From a virus (taxonomy: Duplodnaviria > Caudoviricetes): a stretch of DNA of 39,901 nucleotides. The notes beneath the pieces are model-generated. The model was not told the DNA's origin. It made no database searches and saw only the letters and a list, made by a program, of their open reading frames with translations. This document shows positions 25,323 through 33,917 of this stretch, piece by piece; position 1 is the stretch's first letter; every line of letters begins with the position of its first letter. The position numbers and the translations under genes were made by a program. The DNA lies in IMG/VR virus record IMGVR_UViG_3300049472_000084, positions 1 through 39,901 of that record; one strand, given 5' to 3'.

Positions 25323-25627
25323 CGTTTCCTCTGATCCTGGGGTTGCCAGGATCGACCGTCCTCTCCGACCCCTTCTTCCTGGAATGAGTGAGTCCGGAAC
25401 CTACCCGTCCCGATCTTGTGGGCCTCTATCGCGCTATGGCAGGGGCGGCAGACGTTCAGTAGGTTCGACGGATGATTCGACCCCCCGCGCGCCCGGCTCT
25501 TGCGGTGATGGATGTCCGATCCGTAGTAGGCGCAGACGGTCGCGAGCTGGGCCTCGCAGAGACCGCCAGAACGAGACTTGATCTCTCGGCGGACGCGCTC
25601 GGGTATCGGCTGGGCTCTAACGACCAT
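25319..25627 (-). CDS. HNH endonuclease
   Basis: CE.....C....DIHHRK.R.RGG.N..SNL..VC..CH motif. Confidence 0.9.
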   Translation of the reverse strand: MVVRAQPIPERVRREIKSRSGGLCEAQLATVCAYYGSDIHHRKSRARGGSNHPSNLLNVCRPCHSAIEAHKIGTGRFRTHSFQEEGVGEDGRSWQPQDQRKR

Positions 25628-25895
25628 TCTTGACCTCTTCCCGACAAGCCCGGAAGATGCGCTCGGCGTGTTCGTCCTCCAGGACTCCGATCAAGGTCGA
25701 TCTAAGATCGCCCCCGTGGACGGGAGCCCAGCTCGATCCGGTCTTGTAGCAGATCGAAACGATGTCGAAGCTCCCCTCGTCTGGAGGCTCCAGGCTGGCG
25801 GACGTGATGCGCTGATTTCCTGGGAGCCTGACGGTAAGAAGAGCCTGGAACTCGATGTCGTACCCGGCGACCTCGACCTCGAACTCGTATATCAT
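25617..25895 (-). CDS. Hypothetical protein
   Basis: ATG at 25895 overlaps the ParB-like stop. Confidence 0.55.
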   Translation of the reverse strand: MIYEFEVEVAGYDIEFQALLTVRLPGNQRITSASLEPPDEGSFDIVSICYKTGSSWAPVHGGDLRSTLIGVLEDEHAERIFRACREEVKNGR

Positions 25896-26446
25896 CCTCG
25901 CCTCTTGCGCGATTCTGGCGTGAAGACGTGCGAGCATTCCGGGCACGTCACCGTCTTCGGAGCGCGCGGCTCATCGTCATCGTCCGGATCGACGATCTCA
26001 GGGACCTCGGTCATGAGCGCCTTCAGCTCGTCCGCGTCGAAGCCGGTCAGCTCCATGTCCAGCGCCCCATCGTTCAGTTCGGCCAGGACGTACTTCAGGG
26101 GCATCAAGTCGAACTCGCCCCCGGCCTTGTTCGCGACGATGTTCGCGGCCTTCTCGGTCGCCTCGTCCCAATCGACCTCGCGATAGGACAGGGCTCCCCA
26201 GGGCGTGACGATGTGCCCCACGGCCACGGTCCCCCGGCTGTCCCTCATCTCGCTCTTCATGATCTCCCAGCCGGGATCGAGATGCTTCCGGCGCTGATGC
26301 CCGGAGACGAGTCGCTGGGTCCGCACGTTGAAGACGATCCCCGAGAGGTCCCCGAATCTATCGAGCGCCTTCTTCAGGATGCGGGATTGCTCCGCCGTGA
26401 TCTTGCGCGGGTTGTACGGGCTCGGCATCAGCTCGGAGACTTTCAT
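25892..26446 (-). CDS. ParB/Srx N-terminal domain protein
   Basis: L.PSPYNPRKI...L..FG....IVFN....LVSGHQR...NK..GEFD...TGFD...C.ECSH.F. Confidence 0.85.
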   Translation of the reverse strand: MKVSELMPSPYNPRKITAEQSRILKKALDRFGDLSGIVFNVRTQRLVSGHQRRKHLDPGWEIMKSEMRDSRGTVAVGHIVTPWGALSYREVDWDEATEKAANIVANKAGGEFDLMPLKYVLAELNDGALDMELTGFDADELKALMTEVPEIVDPDDDDEPRAPKTVTCPECSHVFTPESRKRRG

Positions 26447-26667
26447 CGTCCCTGGAGGTCCTGGGCTCGGTCGATCCCGAGGACCGTGAGGTTCCAAGCC
26501 TTGTACCGCTTCCCTTCGACGAAGCTCCCGGTGACGAGGCCGTCGCGGGCCATCTCCGAGACCTCGGTCGCGAGCGTGTTCTGCGAGTGCGATCTGATCC
26601 TGAACTTATGGACGGGCAGGGGCCAGTCCTCCATAAGCGCGAGAAGGATTCGGTTCCGGGCATTCAT
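26443..26667 (-). CDS. Small winged-helix-like hypothetical protein
   Basis: Helices followed by GLV.G....W beta wing. Confidence 0.5.
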   Translation of the reverse strand: MNARNRILLALMEDWPLPVHKFRIRSHSQNTLATEVSEMARDGLVTGSFVEGKRYKAWNLTVLGIDRAQDLQGR

Positions 26668-27029
26668 ACCTTGATGACGACCTCCTGGTCTTCGGCGTAG
26701 GCGACCCCCTGGATGCGCGGGAGTAGAAGCCTGTCGTCCTTCACGAAGCGCCCGCGCTGGAGAGCGTCGCAGAGGACCTTCAGTCCGTTATGACAATCAT
26801 ATCGAGGCGGGAGGATCATCCAGACATCAAGGTATCGGAACGACGTCGCCGTATCCGCCTTGAGCGCCTTCATCGACAGAAAGACGATCCACGGGACGGA
26901 GTCCAGATATTCGCGCGCGGCCACCGTCAGAGATCGGTTCGCGTTCTGGCGTTTGTTGTTCGAGGGCGGGACCGGGAGCCTGATGTACCGACTCTCCCCG
27001 CACCTGAACGATCCCCATTCCCCCTTCAA
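26664..27029 (-). CDS. rusA: RusA-like Holliday junction resolvase
   Basis: LPVPPSNN...D.HN.LK...DAL......DD motif; TTG start overlaps the upstream stop. Confidence 0.8.
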   Translation of the reverse strand: MKGEWGSFRCGESRYIRLPVPPSNNKRQNANRSLTVAAREYLDSVPWIVFLSMKALKADTATSFRYLDVWMILPPRYDCHNGLKVLCDALQRGRFVKDDRLLLPRIQGVAYAEDQEVVIKV

Positions 27030-27244
27030 GCGCCGCTCTCCTTCCGCGCCTGACGAGCGCCCTTCGTCGCCTTCTGCTGATCCCGCTTCGCCCGGTCCTG
27101 CTCGGTCTTGTTTGTGACGACGTGGTCCCCGGACTCGGGGCAGACCCATTGACCGGGTCCGACGTGGATGAGGTTCTGAACCTTCTTCCCGCCGCACTTA
27201 GGGCAAGGGCAAGGGCAAGGAACGCCGAAGGAGGACATGACCAT
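27026..27244 (-). CDS. Zn-ribbon small protein
   Basis: CPKCG...C...H. Confidence 0.55.
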   Translation of the reverse strand: MVMSSFGVPCPCPCPKCGGKKVQNLIHVGPGQWVCPESGDHVVTNKTEQDRAKRDQQKATKGARQARKESGA

Positions 27245-27510
27245 CAGATCGCCTCGATCGCCTTGTTGATCGCGTCGGTGAGCGTCGGCCGGATGTCGGC
27301 GTCAAAGTAATGATCCTCCCCGCCCTTCGTGACGACGAGAGTCATCATCGGGTTCCCGAGACCGGTCCCGGTGTCGAGATGGAACTTCACGCCGTTCCCG
27401 CTCCCGCTGACCCATTCCTGACGGAACCCGCCGCCCAGGCCCTTCATGGGCTTGAACTTCAGGACGACCTCGAACTCCACGTCCTTCTTCGACTTGGTCT
27501 TGCTCGCCAT
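27244..27510 (-). CDS. Hypothetical protein
   Basis: ATG at 27510 with GAGGAGG RBS. Confidence 0.7.
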   Translation of the reverse strand: MASKTKSKKDVEFEVVLKFKPMKGLGGGFRQEWVSGSGNGVKFHLDTGTGLGNPMMTLVVTKGGEDHYFDADIRPTLTDAINKAIEAI

Positions 27511-27520
27511 CGTGTCCTCC

Positions 27521-27652
27521 TCAGCTCCGACATTCGGGACCATGATCCTCGATCGCGGCGTCGTGCCCGCACTCGGCGCACATCGCGGACTCCTCGCGGA
27601 ACCCTTCCTCCGCGATCTGCGCGTTCGTCATGAATCCCGGGGCCTTGTTCAT
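27521..27652 (-). CDS. Small C..CGH...H..C protein (43 aa), leaderless
   Basis: ATG 6 nt after the -10 of promoter copy 2. Confidence 0.6.
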   Translation of the reverse strand: MNKAPGFMTNAQIAEEGFREESAMCAECGHDAAIEDHGPECRS

Positions 27653-27658
27653 GTCTCC

Positions 27659-27691
27659 AGTATAGCACCAGTCTCGATATCTGTCAAGACC
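27659..27691 (-). promoter_or_regulatory. Repeated 33-bp leaderless promoter, copy 2
   Basis: GGTCTTGACAGATATCGAGACTGGTGCTATACT, then GGAGAC, then ATG. Confidence 0.85.
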
Positions 27692-28167
27692 TAGGAACCC
27701 GAGCGCATCCCAGGCAGACCGGCTTCCCTTTCCCGACTCCATGCTTCGTAAGCCCCCGACACTTGAAGCAATAGACTCGGTGCTTCGATGGCCTCAGGCC
27801 GAGGAGGCGGAGGGCATTACTACCCTGGCGGAGGCGCTGGCCGCTCATCGCGATCCGAGCCTTCCCTCGATCTTCCCGAGGAGACGCCCCAGGTCATAGG
27901 CTTCTTTGTAGCCCTCAGACCATCCCCCGACCTTGCCGAGCATGAACCCGGCAAAGAACCCGATCCCGAACACGGACAGGATGTCGATGATGAGCGCGAC
28001 TTTCTGAGGCGTCATCGGATCACCATCCCGGCGACGAAGGCGGTCGCCATCCCGAGGATCAGGGTCATCAGAGAGACGCGCGGCTCGGCCATCAGAACCG
28101 ATAGGTCGATGGCCTTGCGGCTGAACAGCTTGCGCTTCGGGCGCGGAGCGAAGACGGGTCCGGTCAT
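27684..28167 (-). CDS. Three small ORFs: Zn-ribbon (27684-27848), TM peptide (27845-28015), TM peptide (28012-28167)
   Basis: ATGA overlaps; CFKC...CLGC in the first; hydrophobic segments in the other two. Confidence 0.55.
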
Positions 28168-28297
28168 ATTGTGCCTCCGACCTTCAGCTTCTTCGTCCAG
28201 TAGCGCGTCATGCGAACTCTGTTGGCGCACGTCTTGGAACAGAACTTTTGCCATTCCTTCTTCGGCTTGAAATTTTTCGGGCAACCCGCGCAGAGTG

Positions 28298-28741
28298 TCA
28301 GCGCCACAAACTGCTCTTGACCAGTTTCCATCCTTCCTCCGTTTTCCTGAAAACACAGAACTCGATCCCGCAGAAAGCAAATATGTTTCTAACGCGATGG
28401 TTGTAGACGTGGCTTGCTATAAAAACCATGAGGCCGACCTTCTTCGGGTTGACGCCACGATCCAGGCAGTAAGCGCCTCTGTACCCGAATACCTTGAAGA
28501 CGTGCCAAACGTCTTTCGCCGAATCGTTCAGATCGCATTCGATGATGTAGGGCTTGGACTTGTGTCGCGCGAAAAAATCCACCCGGTAGCCCATCGACTC
28601 GGATCGGTTCGGAGAGATGATCGTTCCGTAGACTGGCATCTCTCTCTGTACGAACTGGAAGCTGGCCGGGAAGATCGCGCCCCAGCTCTTATGAATCCAT
28701 TCGGCGGCTGGCAAGGCCGTTTCTTGGCGGTCATCATTCAT
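28298..28741 (-). CDS. Low-GC moron, PD-(D/E)XK (NucS/DUF91-like) nuclease-fold protein
   Basis: RE...RVDF......IIEC[D]...V.GY pattern; visibly AT-richer than its flanks; has its own promoter. Confidence 0.6.
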   Translation of the reverse strand: MNDDRQETALPAAEWIHKSWGAIFPASFQFVQREMPVYGTIISPNRSESMGYRVDFFARHKSKPYIIECDLNDSAKDVWHVFKVFGYRGAYCLDRGVNPKKVGLMVFIASHVYNHRVRNIFAFCGIEFCVFRKTEEGWKLVKSSLWR

Positions 28742-28752
28742 TTGTATATGGC

Positions 28753-28781
28753 ATTATATAAATGATCGAATCGGATTTCAA
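28753..28781 (-). promoter_or_regulatory. Sigma70 promoter of the moron
   Basis: TTGAAA-17 nt-TATAAT, 11 nt before the ATG. Confidence 0.75.
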
Positions 28782-28790
28782 GCATCTCGG

Positions 28791-29168
28791 CTAGAACAGG
28801 TCTTCCGCCCGTGCCAGATCGGGCTCGCCGGGAGGCTCAGGCTTCGTCTCTTGCGTGGTCCCGAGCGGCCTCAGCTCACCGGAGGCCATCCCCAGCGGGA
28901 CCAGGATTCCGGCGTCGCCCTTCTCGAAGACGAATGGGCGATGGGTTCCGCGCCCGATCATCAGGCTCCAGCTCGTCCCGTTGAAGAGCTTGACCGCCTC
29001 CATGATGTGCGGGTCTCCGTTCGGATGGAGCATCTTCGGCTCCGAGCGGATCGCGTGACAGGAGACGCACTTGTCCACGCGGCCGAAGCGGACCTTGATG
29101 GGCGCTTCTTCTCGCTGTGGAGCGTAGACCAGGGGCTCGACTCCGATCGAGGCATGGGAACAGCTCAT
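28791..29168 (-). CDS. Hypothetical protein
   Basis: C.H...C..C; ATGA overlap. Confidence 0.55.
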   Translation of the reverse strand: MSCSHASIGVEPLVYAPQREEAPIKVRFGRVDKCVSCHAIRSEPKMLHPNGDPHIMEAVKLFNGTSWSLMIGRGTHRPFVFEKGDAGILVPLGMASGELRPLGTTQETKPEPPGEPDLARAEDLF

Positions 29169-29356
29169 CGGGATTCCTCGAAGGCGCGCAGAGATACGAC
29201 GACGAGGCGTCCGACTTCCTCGACGCCGTACCCCTGGAGTCTGGCCTCGCGGATCACGCCCCTCAGAAAGATCGAGCGCAGGACCCAGGGATCGTTCTGG
29301 TTCCCGTCCGTGATGACGTGCCGGTCAGAGTCCGGTCCACCGTTCGGCTTGCTCAA
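29165..29356 (-). CDS. Hypothetical protein
   Basis: TTGA overlap with the rep stop. Confidence 0.45.
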   Translation of the reverse strand: MSKPNGGPDSDRHVITDGNQNDPWVLRSIFLRGVIREARLQGYGVEEVGRLVVVSLRAFEESR

Positions 29357-30189
29357 GCCTCGGCCCTCACCTGTTCCTGGTTCTCACAGTCCCGGCAGAT
29401 CATCGCCTGATCCACCTTCGAGCGGACGAGCTGGAAGGTGCTGATGCCGCACTTGCGAGCGCATTTCTTCTGAGCCTCGGACCCCGGCACGGACTCCCCG
29501 GGCTTGGCGTCGTACATCCCCTCCTGGACCTTGATCGCGCTCTCGGGGCGGAGAAGCCAGTCGATGTTCGCCTTCCAGCCCTTCGCGTTCGGGACCGCTC
29601 CCAGGAGGAAAGGGGATCGGTTGACTCGGTCGATCGTCTCGGTCCAGAATCCCTCGGTCGGATGCTCCTTCCACCGCGCGCGCCAGGACGTCTTCCTCGC
29701 CTCGGTCTCGCCCTTGACCCTGGGAAGGGTCTTGTGGGCTCGCTCGTTCCACAGCTTAAAGATCGATACCTCCGGCCCCCCCTCCTTCTTCCGGTTCGGT
29801 TCGGTTCGGTTCGGTTCGGTAGCCGCCATGTTACCGCCAGGCTTCGGCGGTGAACTGGCGGTAGACTTGCGGCGCTCATTGCGGAATCGCTCCTGGACGA
29901 GACGCCCCGCGCGCTCCATCCATCCGTGGGCGACGCCCTCATCCAGGTAGCCGCATTCTCTGAGGGACTTGACGAAGGCTCCCGGCTTCCCGCGCCAGCG
30001 CGCGGCCATCTCGATCCCCTCATCACCCCAGGGGGAGAGATCGGCATCCTTCCAGGCGTTGCGAAGGACGAAATGCCACAGAGAGGTAAGATGTCCGACC
30101 GCTTCGACGTCGGCGATCCCCAAGAGCTTCTGGAGCTTCAGGGTCTTGTGATGGTCCCAAATATCGTCATGACTCTCTATCCAAGCCGT
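29353..30189 (-). CDS. Replication initiator / replisome organiser; probable ACG start
   Basis: (M)AWIESH....HHKT..L...L.I....AVGHL..LW...W.G N-terminal domain; TEPNRTEPN linker; W.A.IDWLL.P....KV.EG.Y C-terminal domain; GGAGG 7 nt before ACG. Confidence 0.85.
   Translation of the reverse strand, partial: TAWIESHDDIWDHHKTLKLQKLLGIADVEAVGHLTSLWHFVLRNAWKDADLSPWGDEGIEMAARWRGKPGAFVKSLRECGYLDEGVAHGWMERAGRLVQERFRNERRKSTASSPPKPGGNMAATEPNRTEPNRKKEGGPEVSIFKLWNERAHKTLPRVKGETEARKTSWRARWKEHPTEGFWTETIDRVNRSPFLLGAVPNAKGWKANIDWLLRPESAIKVQEGMYDAKPGESVPGSEAQKKCARKCGISTFQLVRSKVDQAMICRDCENQEQVRAEA
29792..29872. repeat. Putative replication origin inside rep
   Basis: (CGGTT)5CGGTA plus direct and inverted CTGGCGGTA-type iterons in the interdomain linker, as in lambda O-type initiators. 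Confidence 0.75.
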
Positions 30190-30248
30190 AAAAAATCCTC
30201 CAATCCAATCAGGCGCGGGGCCGGTCCCGCCCGCGCTCGGGTCCGATC

Positions 30249-31106
30249 TCAGCCCTTCGATTCTACCGCATCTGCGGCGGCTCTGCGCTCTGAGTTCTGG
30301 TATGGACAAGTGCGCCAGTACCCGCATGAGGTCGGCGAACACCACCACGCCCCCGGAGTCGCAGGAAGGAACATACCCGCTTCGATCCCGGCCGTGATCG
30401 TGTTGATCCTGCGAGCCAGCGCCTCGAAGTCCTTCTGGTCCCTGAACGTCTTGAAGGTGTGCGACTCGGTCGTCACCTTCTGCGTCTTCTCGCTCATGCG
30501 ATCGACCACGTTGTCGATGATGATGTCCGTCGGAGGCTTTCCCGTGATCGTCTGGAATGCCGCCGCGTAGGTCGTGAGCTGGACATCTCCGTCGATGTCC
30601 GACTGATTTTTCTTCTTCGCGCCCGTCTTCGTGTCCTGGATTCCCGACTCCAGGCGGAGGTCGATCCGGCCGAGGATGTCCCGCTTCCCAGGAAGAACGA
30701 TCCGGAACTCCTCCTCGACCGCGACCGGCTGATACCTCGGGGCGATGCTCTTGGCGAACTCCCGCGTCATCCGAACCGTGGAATCCTTCGCCTCGCCCAT
30801 CAGCTTGCTCTTCCCGATCGACTCCTCCTCCTCCGTCAGGAAGACCCCCTCCGCCTTGATGCGCCCGTCGAAGGACGCCGCCGCCAGCTCGACGAGCTGT
30901 TCGGCGGGGAGGTTTTCCTTCGACTCGATCTTCTGTTTGAAGTCCTCCTCGGCGGCGGTATGGACGCAAGTCCCCTTGATGAGAGAGAACCCCGGAGGGA
31001 TGATTTCCTTCTCGATGTACCGACGGCGATAGACCTCCCCGCATCGAGTGTAGGAGTCCATCTGCGACGGAGACAGGTGAGGCTTCTTCGCGACGGCGGG
31101 CGTCAC
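30249..31106 (-). CDS. Cas4/RecB-like PD-(D/E)XK exonuclease
   Basis: HLSPSQ....C; G..VH; GRIDL...D.KT; QL..YA; C....C....C. Confidence 0.88.
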   Translation of the reverse strand: MTPAVAKKPHLSPSQMDSYTRCGEVYRRRYIEKEIIPPGFSLIKGTCVHTAAEEDFKQKIESKENLPAEQLVELAAASFDGRIKAEGVFLTEEEESIGKSKLMGEAKDSTVRMTREFAKSIAPRYQPVAVEEEFRIVLPGKRDILGRIDLRLESGIQDTKTGAKKKNQSDIDGDVQLTTYAAAFQTITGKPPTDIIIDNVVDRMSEKTQKVTTESHTFKTFRDQKDFEALARRINTITAGIEAGMFLPATPGAWWCSPTSCGYWRTCPYQNSERRAAADAVESKG

Positions 31107-31942
31107 TTCTTTCCAGTCAGATCGGACGCACCGACCGGACCCTCGCCCGCGCCCTTGCCCTCCGACTTGTTGACCGGGAAGACGTCCTCGGCCTTGGCCT
31201 GACCGTCTTTGATGGCGTTGAAGATTCCGCGCATCGTCCCCAGCGTATCGTCGGGGTCCGCGCCCTCGGGGAACTTCTCGTCCATGTACGCCTGAACGCG
31301 CGCCTTCTCGATCCCCAGCTTCGCGAAGGCGACGTAGAGCGCCTGGAACCGCTCCTCGATCGTCTTCCCCTCCTTCTTCCCGGCCTGCCCCGCGAGCTTC
31401 TTCGCCTTGTCGAAGTACGCCTCGACGAGGTAGACGGGGAGCCCCGACAGCGTGGCGTTCCGCTCGGCCTTGCTCATCCCGGCCTGGATCGCCATGTTCA
31501 GCTTGTCATCCCGGAGCGGCGTGGGGACCTTGGTCGATCGCGGGATGTAAGTCTTCTTCACCGAGACGAGGCGGCGGGTGATGAAGTTCGTCTCGAAGTC
31601 CACGAACACGCCCTCGACCTCGATATAGTCGTCGTGGTGAGCGACGATCCGGGACGCGGTCGCGCAGTTCCCCCAGCGCCGGGCCATCGCGCGCGAAGCC
31701 TTGACGCTCGGCCCCTCGACCAATTCCTCGCCCCCGTCGGCTTTCTTGTAGGGGATCGAGTAGAACGCCTCCTCGGCGAACTTCGGGAACATCTCCAGCT
31801 CGGCGAGCGCGGCCTCGTAGAGGGCCTTCTCTTTGCGCGGGGCCGAGATCGCGACCTTCCGCTGAGAGTCCATCTCGACAGCCAGCGCGTGACCGCCGCT
31901 CACGACCTCCGCGTTAATCGGAGCCGTCTCCGTCGTTTCCAT
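31103..31942 (-). CDS. Putative single-strand annealing/recombination protein
   Basis: PR......A..A.Y.IP......VEGPS.......RWGN family; adjacent to the exonuclease; AAGGAGG RBS. Confidence 0.6.
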   Translation of the reverse strand: METTETAPINAEVVSGGHALAVEMDSQRKVAISAPRKEKALYEAALAELEMFPKFAEEAFYSIPYKKADGGEELVEGPSVKASRAMARRWGNCATASRIVAHHDDYIEVEGVFVDFETNFITRRLVSVKKTYIPRSTKVPTPLRDDKLNMAIQAGMSKAERNATLSGLPVYLVEAYFDKAKKLAGQAGKKEGKTIEERFQALYVAFAKLGIEKARVQAYMDEKFPEGADPDDTLGTMRGIFNAIKDGQAKAEDVFPVNKSEGKGAGEGPVGASDLTGKK

Positions 31943-31984
31943 GTGCGCCTCCTTTCCCATCTCCATCGTGTGCGCCAGATCGAA

Positions 31985-32069
31985 GTCCAGACCCCGCCGC
32001 CGTGGCACGGTGCCGGTCCCGGGTTTACGGGCTCCAGCGTGACGACCGGCTCTTGGTTGAGGTCTGGAC
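31985..32069 (-). ncRNA. Candidate structured RNA leader
   Basis: Nested perfect stems GTCCAGACC/GGTCTGGAC (9 bp) and GCCGGTC/GACCGGC (7 bp), plus small hairpins, in an intergenic gap. Confidence 0.4.
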
Positions 32070-32077
32070 GACTTACG

Positions 32078-32308
32078 TCAGATCGGACAATTCGGGAACA
32101 CGGCCCGCACCGATTCCGCCGCTTCGGGCTCGGGCTGATTGCCGCGAACCTCCCAGGCCGTGACCTGGGCGTTGCTCAGGATCGCCTCGCCCTTCTTCAG
32201 ATTCACCGCATCGACGACCGCCTGGATGCTCAGGCCCTCCTTCTTCCGCCAGCCCCGGAAGGACTTTCGGATCGACTCCCGCTTCTTCTCCGGCGTCTTC
32301 ATGGTCAT
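32078..32308 (-). CDS. XRE/Cro-like HTH regulator
   Basis: WRKKEGLS...V........S...V..WE.....P pattern. Confidence 0.75.
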   Translation of the reverse strand: MTMKTPEKKRESIRKSFRGWRKKEGLSIQAVVDAVNLKKGEAILSNAQVTAWEVRGNQPEPEAAESVRAVFPNCPI

Positions 32309-32314
32309 ATGGGT

Positions 32315-32342
32315 ATTATACTTGTGTTCTACTGGATGTCAA
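32315..32342 (-). promoter_or_regulatory. Consensus sigma70 promoter, leaderless, for the HTH gene
   Basis: TTGACA-16 nt-TATAAT, then 6 nt, then ATG; the -35 contains the upstream TGA stop. Confidence 0.8.
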
Positions 32343-33067
32343 GGCTTCGCGGCGAGGCCGTGTACCTTGGTCATCGCTTTCACGAATCCGGCGATCCCGT
32401 ACCGCTTCGATCGAACGCGGTAGGATTGCCCCTCCCGGCGAGTGACCAGGGAAACGGTCCTGAACCTCCGAGGGTATCCAGACCAGGAGCCGCCCGAGAA
32501 CTTCTTCACGATCTCCACGTTCAGGCCCGCCTTTTTATTCTCGAAGTAGGTGTCTCGGAAGTCGCTGATCTTGAATCCGAAGCTCTTGATGGTCTCGGTC
32601 GCGACAGACATCGCCTCGGCGATCTTGACGGCGTCCTCGGCCCGGTCGCGCTCCTCCTGCTCCTTCCGGGCGAGGTCACGGGCCGCATTCCGCGCGCGCC
32701 TCTCCTCTTGATCCTGGGCGACCTCATTCTCGTATCCCCTGCGGTCCTCGTCGGTCAACAGGTCGAAGCAACGGGCTACCTCGGGCAGAACCTCCACGTC
32801 GCTCCGCCCTTCGTTCAGTTTATTCAAAATGGGGATGGAGTCCATGATCCCCAGCATCGCGACGGCCATCGCCTTGATCTCCGTCTCGTTATAGTTCGAC
32901 CCGCCGAAGCTACAGCAGACCTCGCGCTTCCCGCCTTCCGCCATGTTCGACCAGAGGGCGAATCGACTGAATAGATCGACGTTCCCTTTCGCCGTCCTGA
33001 AGGGGAAAACCTCGACACTGATCTCCCCGCCCTTGATCCGCATCGTCGCCTTCGCCTTCTTCTCCAT
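32339..33067 (-). CDS. Hypothetical early protein
   Basis: GGAGG RBS; coiled-coil middle. Confidence 0.7.
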   Translation of the reverse strand: MEKKAKATMRIKGGEISVEVFPFRTAKGNVDLFSRFALWSNMAEGGKREVCCSFGGSNYNETEIKAMAVAMLGIMDSIPILNKLNEGRSDVEVLPEVARCFDLLTDEDRRGYENEVAQDQEERRARNAARDLARKEQEERDRAEDAVKIAEAMSVATETIKSFGFKISDFRDTYFENKKAGLNVEIVKKFSGGSWSGYPRRFRTVSLVTRREGQSYRVRSKRYGIAGFVKAMTKVHGLAAKP

Positions 33068-33089
33068 TTTGTCCTCCAATCCTATTCCA

Positions 33090-33542
33090 TCAAGTCAGCG
33101 TCGCGCGCCCAAGAACGTAATCTGGCCTCCTGCTCGGCTGAGGACAGACGGCCACGATCCTCCAGCCCTCCTTCAACCTCTCCTGGAGCTTGTCCGTACA
33201 ACAATCCTCCTCGACGTGGACTTCGTTGATCCGAAGCATCTCGTTACCGGGGAGATGAACCTGATGAACGGCCATGGCTTCCTTCAGCGCCACGGCGTTG
33301 ATCGATCCCTCGACCATCAGCTTCAAGGGGCGGACGACCTTGTACGTCGCGCGCTCCAAGGCCCAATCCGGGAGATCGACGAGATCGTTTATCATCGCCG
33401 TGAAGGTGTGCCATCCTTTGCTCGCGAGCGCGTCGGCGACTGAGGGGAGGTCAGGCTGGACCTTCCGGAGCTGTTCATAGTTCTCGGCGCTCTCCTTCGC
33501 GATCTCGATGAGCTTCCACCATTCGATCTCGATTCGGATCAT
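33090..33542 (-). CDS. Conserved phage hypothetical protein
   Basis: C-terminal D.CTD.LQ..L..GWRI.AVCPQP.RRPDY.LGR motif, recalled from other phages. Confidence 0.7.
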   Translation of the reverse strand: MIRIEIEWWKLIEIAKESAENYEQLRKVQPDLPSVADALASKGWHTFTAMINDLVDLPDWALERATYKVVRPLKLMVEGSINAVALKEAMAVHQVHLPGNEMLRINEVHVEEDCCTDKLQERLKEGWRIVAVCPQPSRRPDYVLGRATLT

Positions 33543-33916
33543 AGAGAGACCTCGGCCTTCGATATCGCTTTCCGCCACTCCCTAACCATCATCTCGTCCT
33601 CGCCCAGCATCAGGCCGCGAAGGCGAGCGGCCTCCTTCAGGTGCCTCAGAAGCTCCGCCATAATTCCTTCCCGTTGTTCTGTTTGCGATCCGGTCTTCGC
33701 GCATTCGTAGCACCTGGCGCGATCGCCCACGCTATGCGATCCCGGACCATAGTCCGAATCCCCAGCGAACGATCCCTCGGGGCTCTCCGATCCGTAACGG
33801 CGGCGATGGCCGCATTCCATCTTGAAGAAGAGCCTCAGCCATCCCGCGTCATTCTTCGAGGGGAATGGCTCCGACTCATGCCCCACGACCTTCCGCATCT
33901 TCCAGGTTCGGGGCAT
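33539..33916 (-). CDS. Hypothetical protein (ECGH...RCYEC Zn motif)
   Basis: ATG at 33916 after the peptidase stop. Confidence 0.6.
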   Translation of the reverse strand: MPRTWKMRKVVGHESEPFPSKNDAGWLRLFFKMECGHRRRYGSESPEGSFAGDSDYGPGSHSVGDRARCYECAKTGSQTEQREGIMAELLRHLKEAARLRGLMLGEDEMMVREWRKAISKAEVSL

Positions 33917-33917
33917 A

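Noticed and set aside
25892-26446. ParB as evidence of a plasmid partition system
   Set aside because: Only the N-terminal ParB/Srx domain, with no ParA or HTH; this type is common upstream of terminases.
27788-28270. 160-aa plus-strand ORF
   Set aside because: Three coupled minus-strand small ORFs explain the region better.
29792-29821. (CGGTT)n array as a CRISPR or contingency microsatellite
   Set aside because: No spacers; it is in frame in the rep linker next to iterons and is better explained as an origin element.
30190-31044. 563-aa version of the rep ORF
   Set aside because: The extension overlaps the exonuclease in another frame and is low-complexity; family similarity starts at AWIESH.
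30249-31106. Cas4-like gene as part of a CRISPR-Cas locus
   Set aside because: No array or other cas genes; it is paired with a putative SSAP as a phage recombination module.
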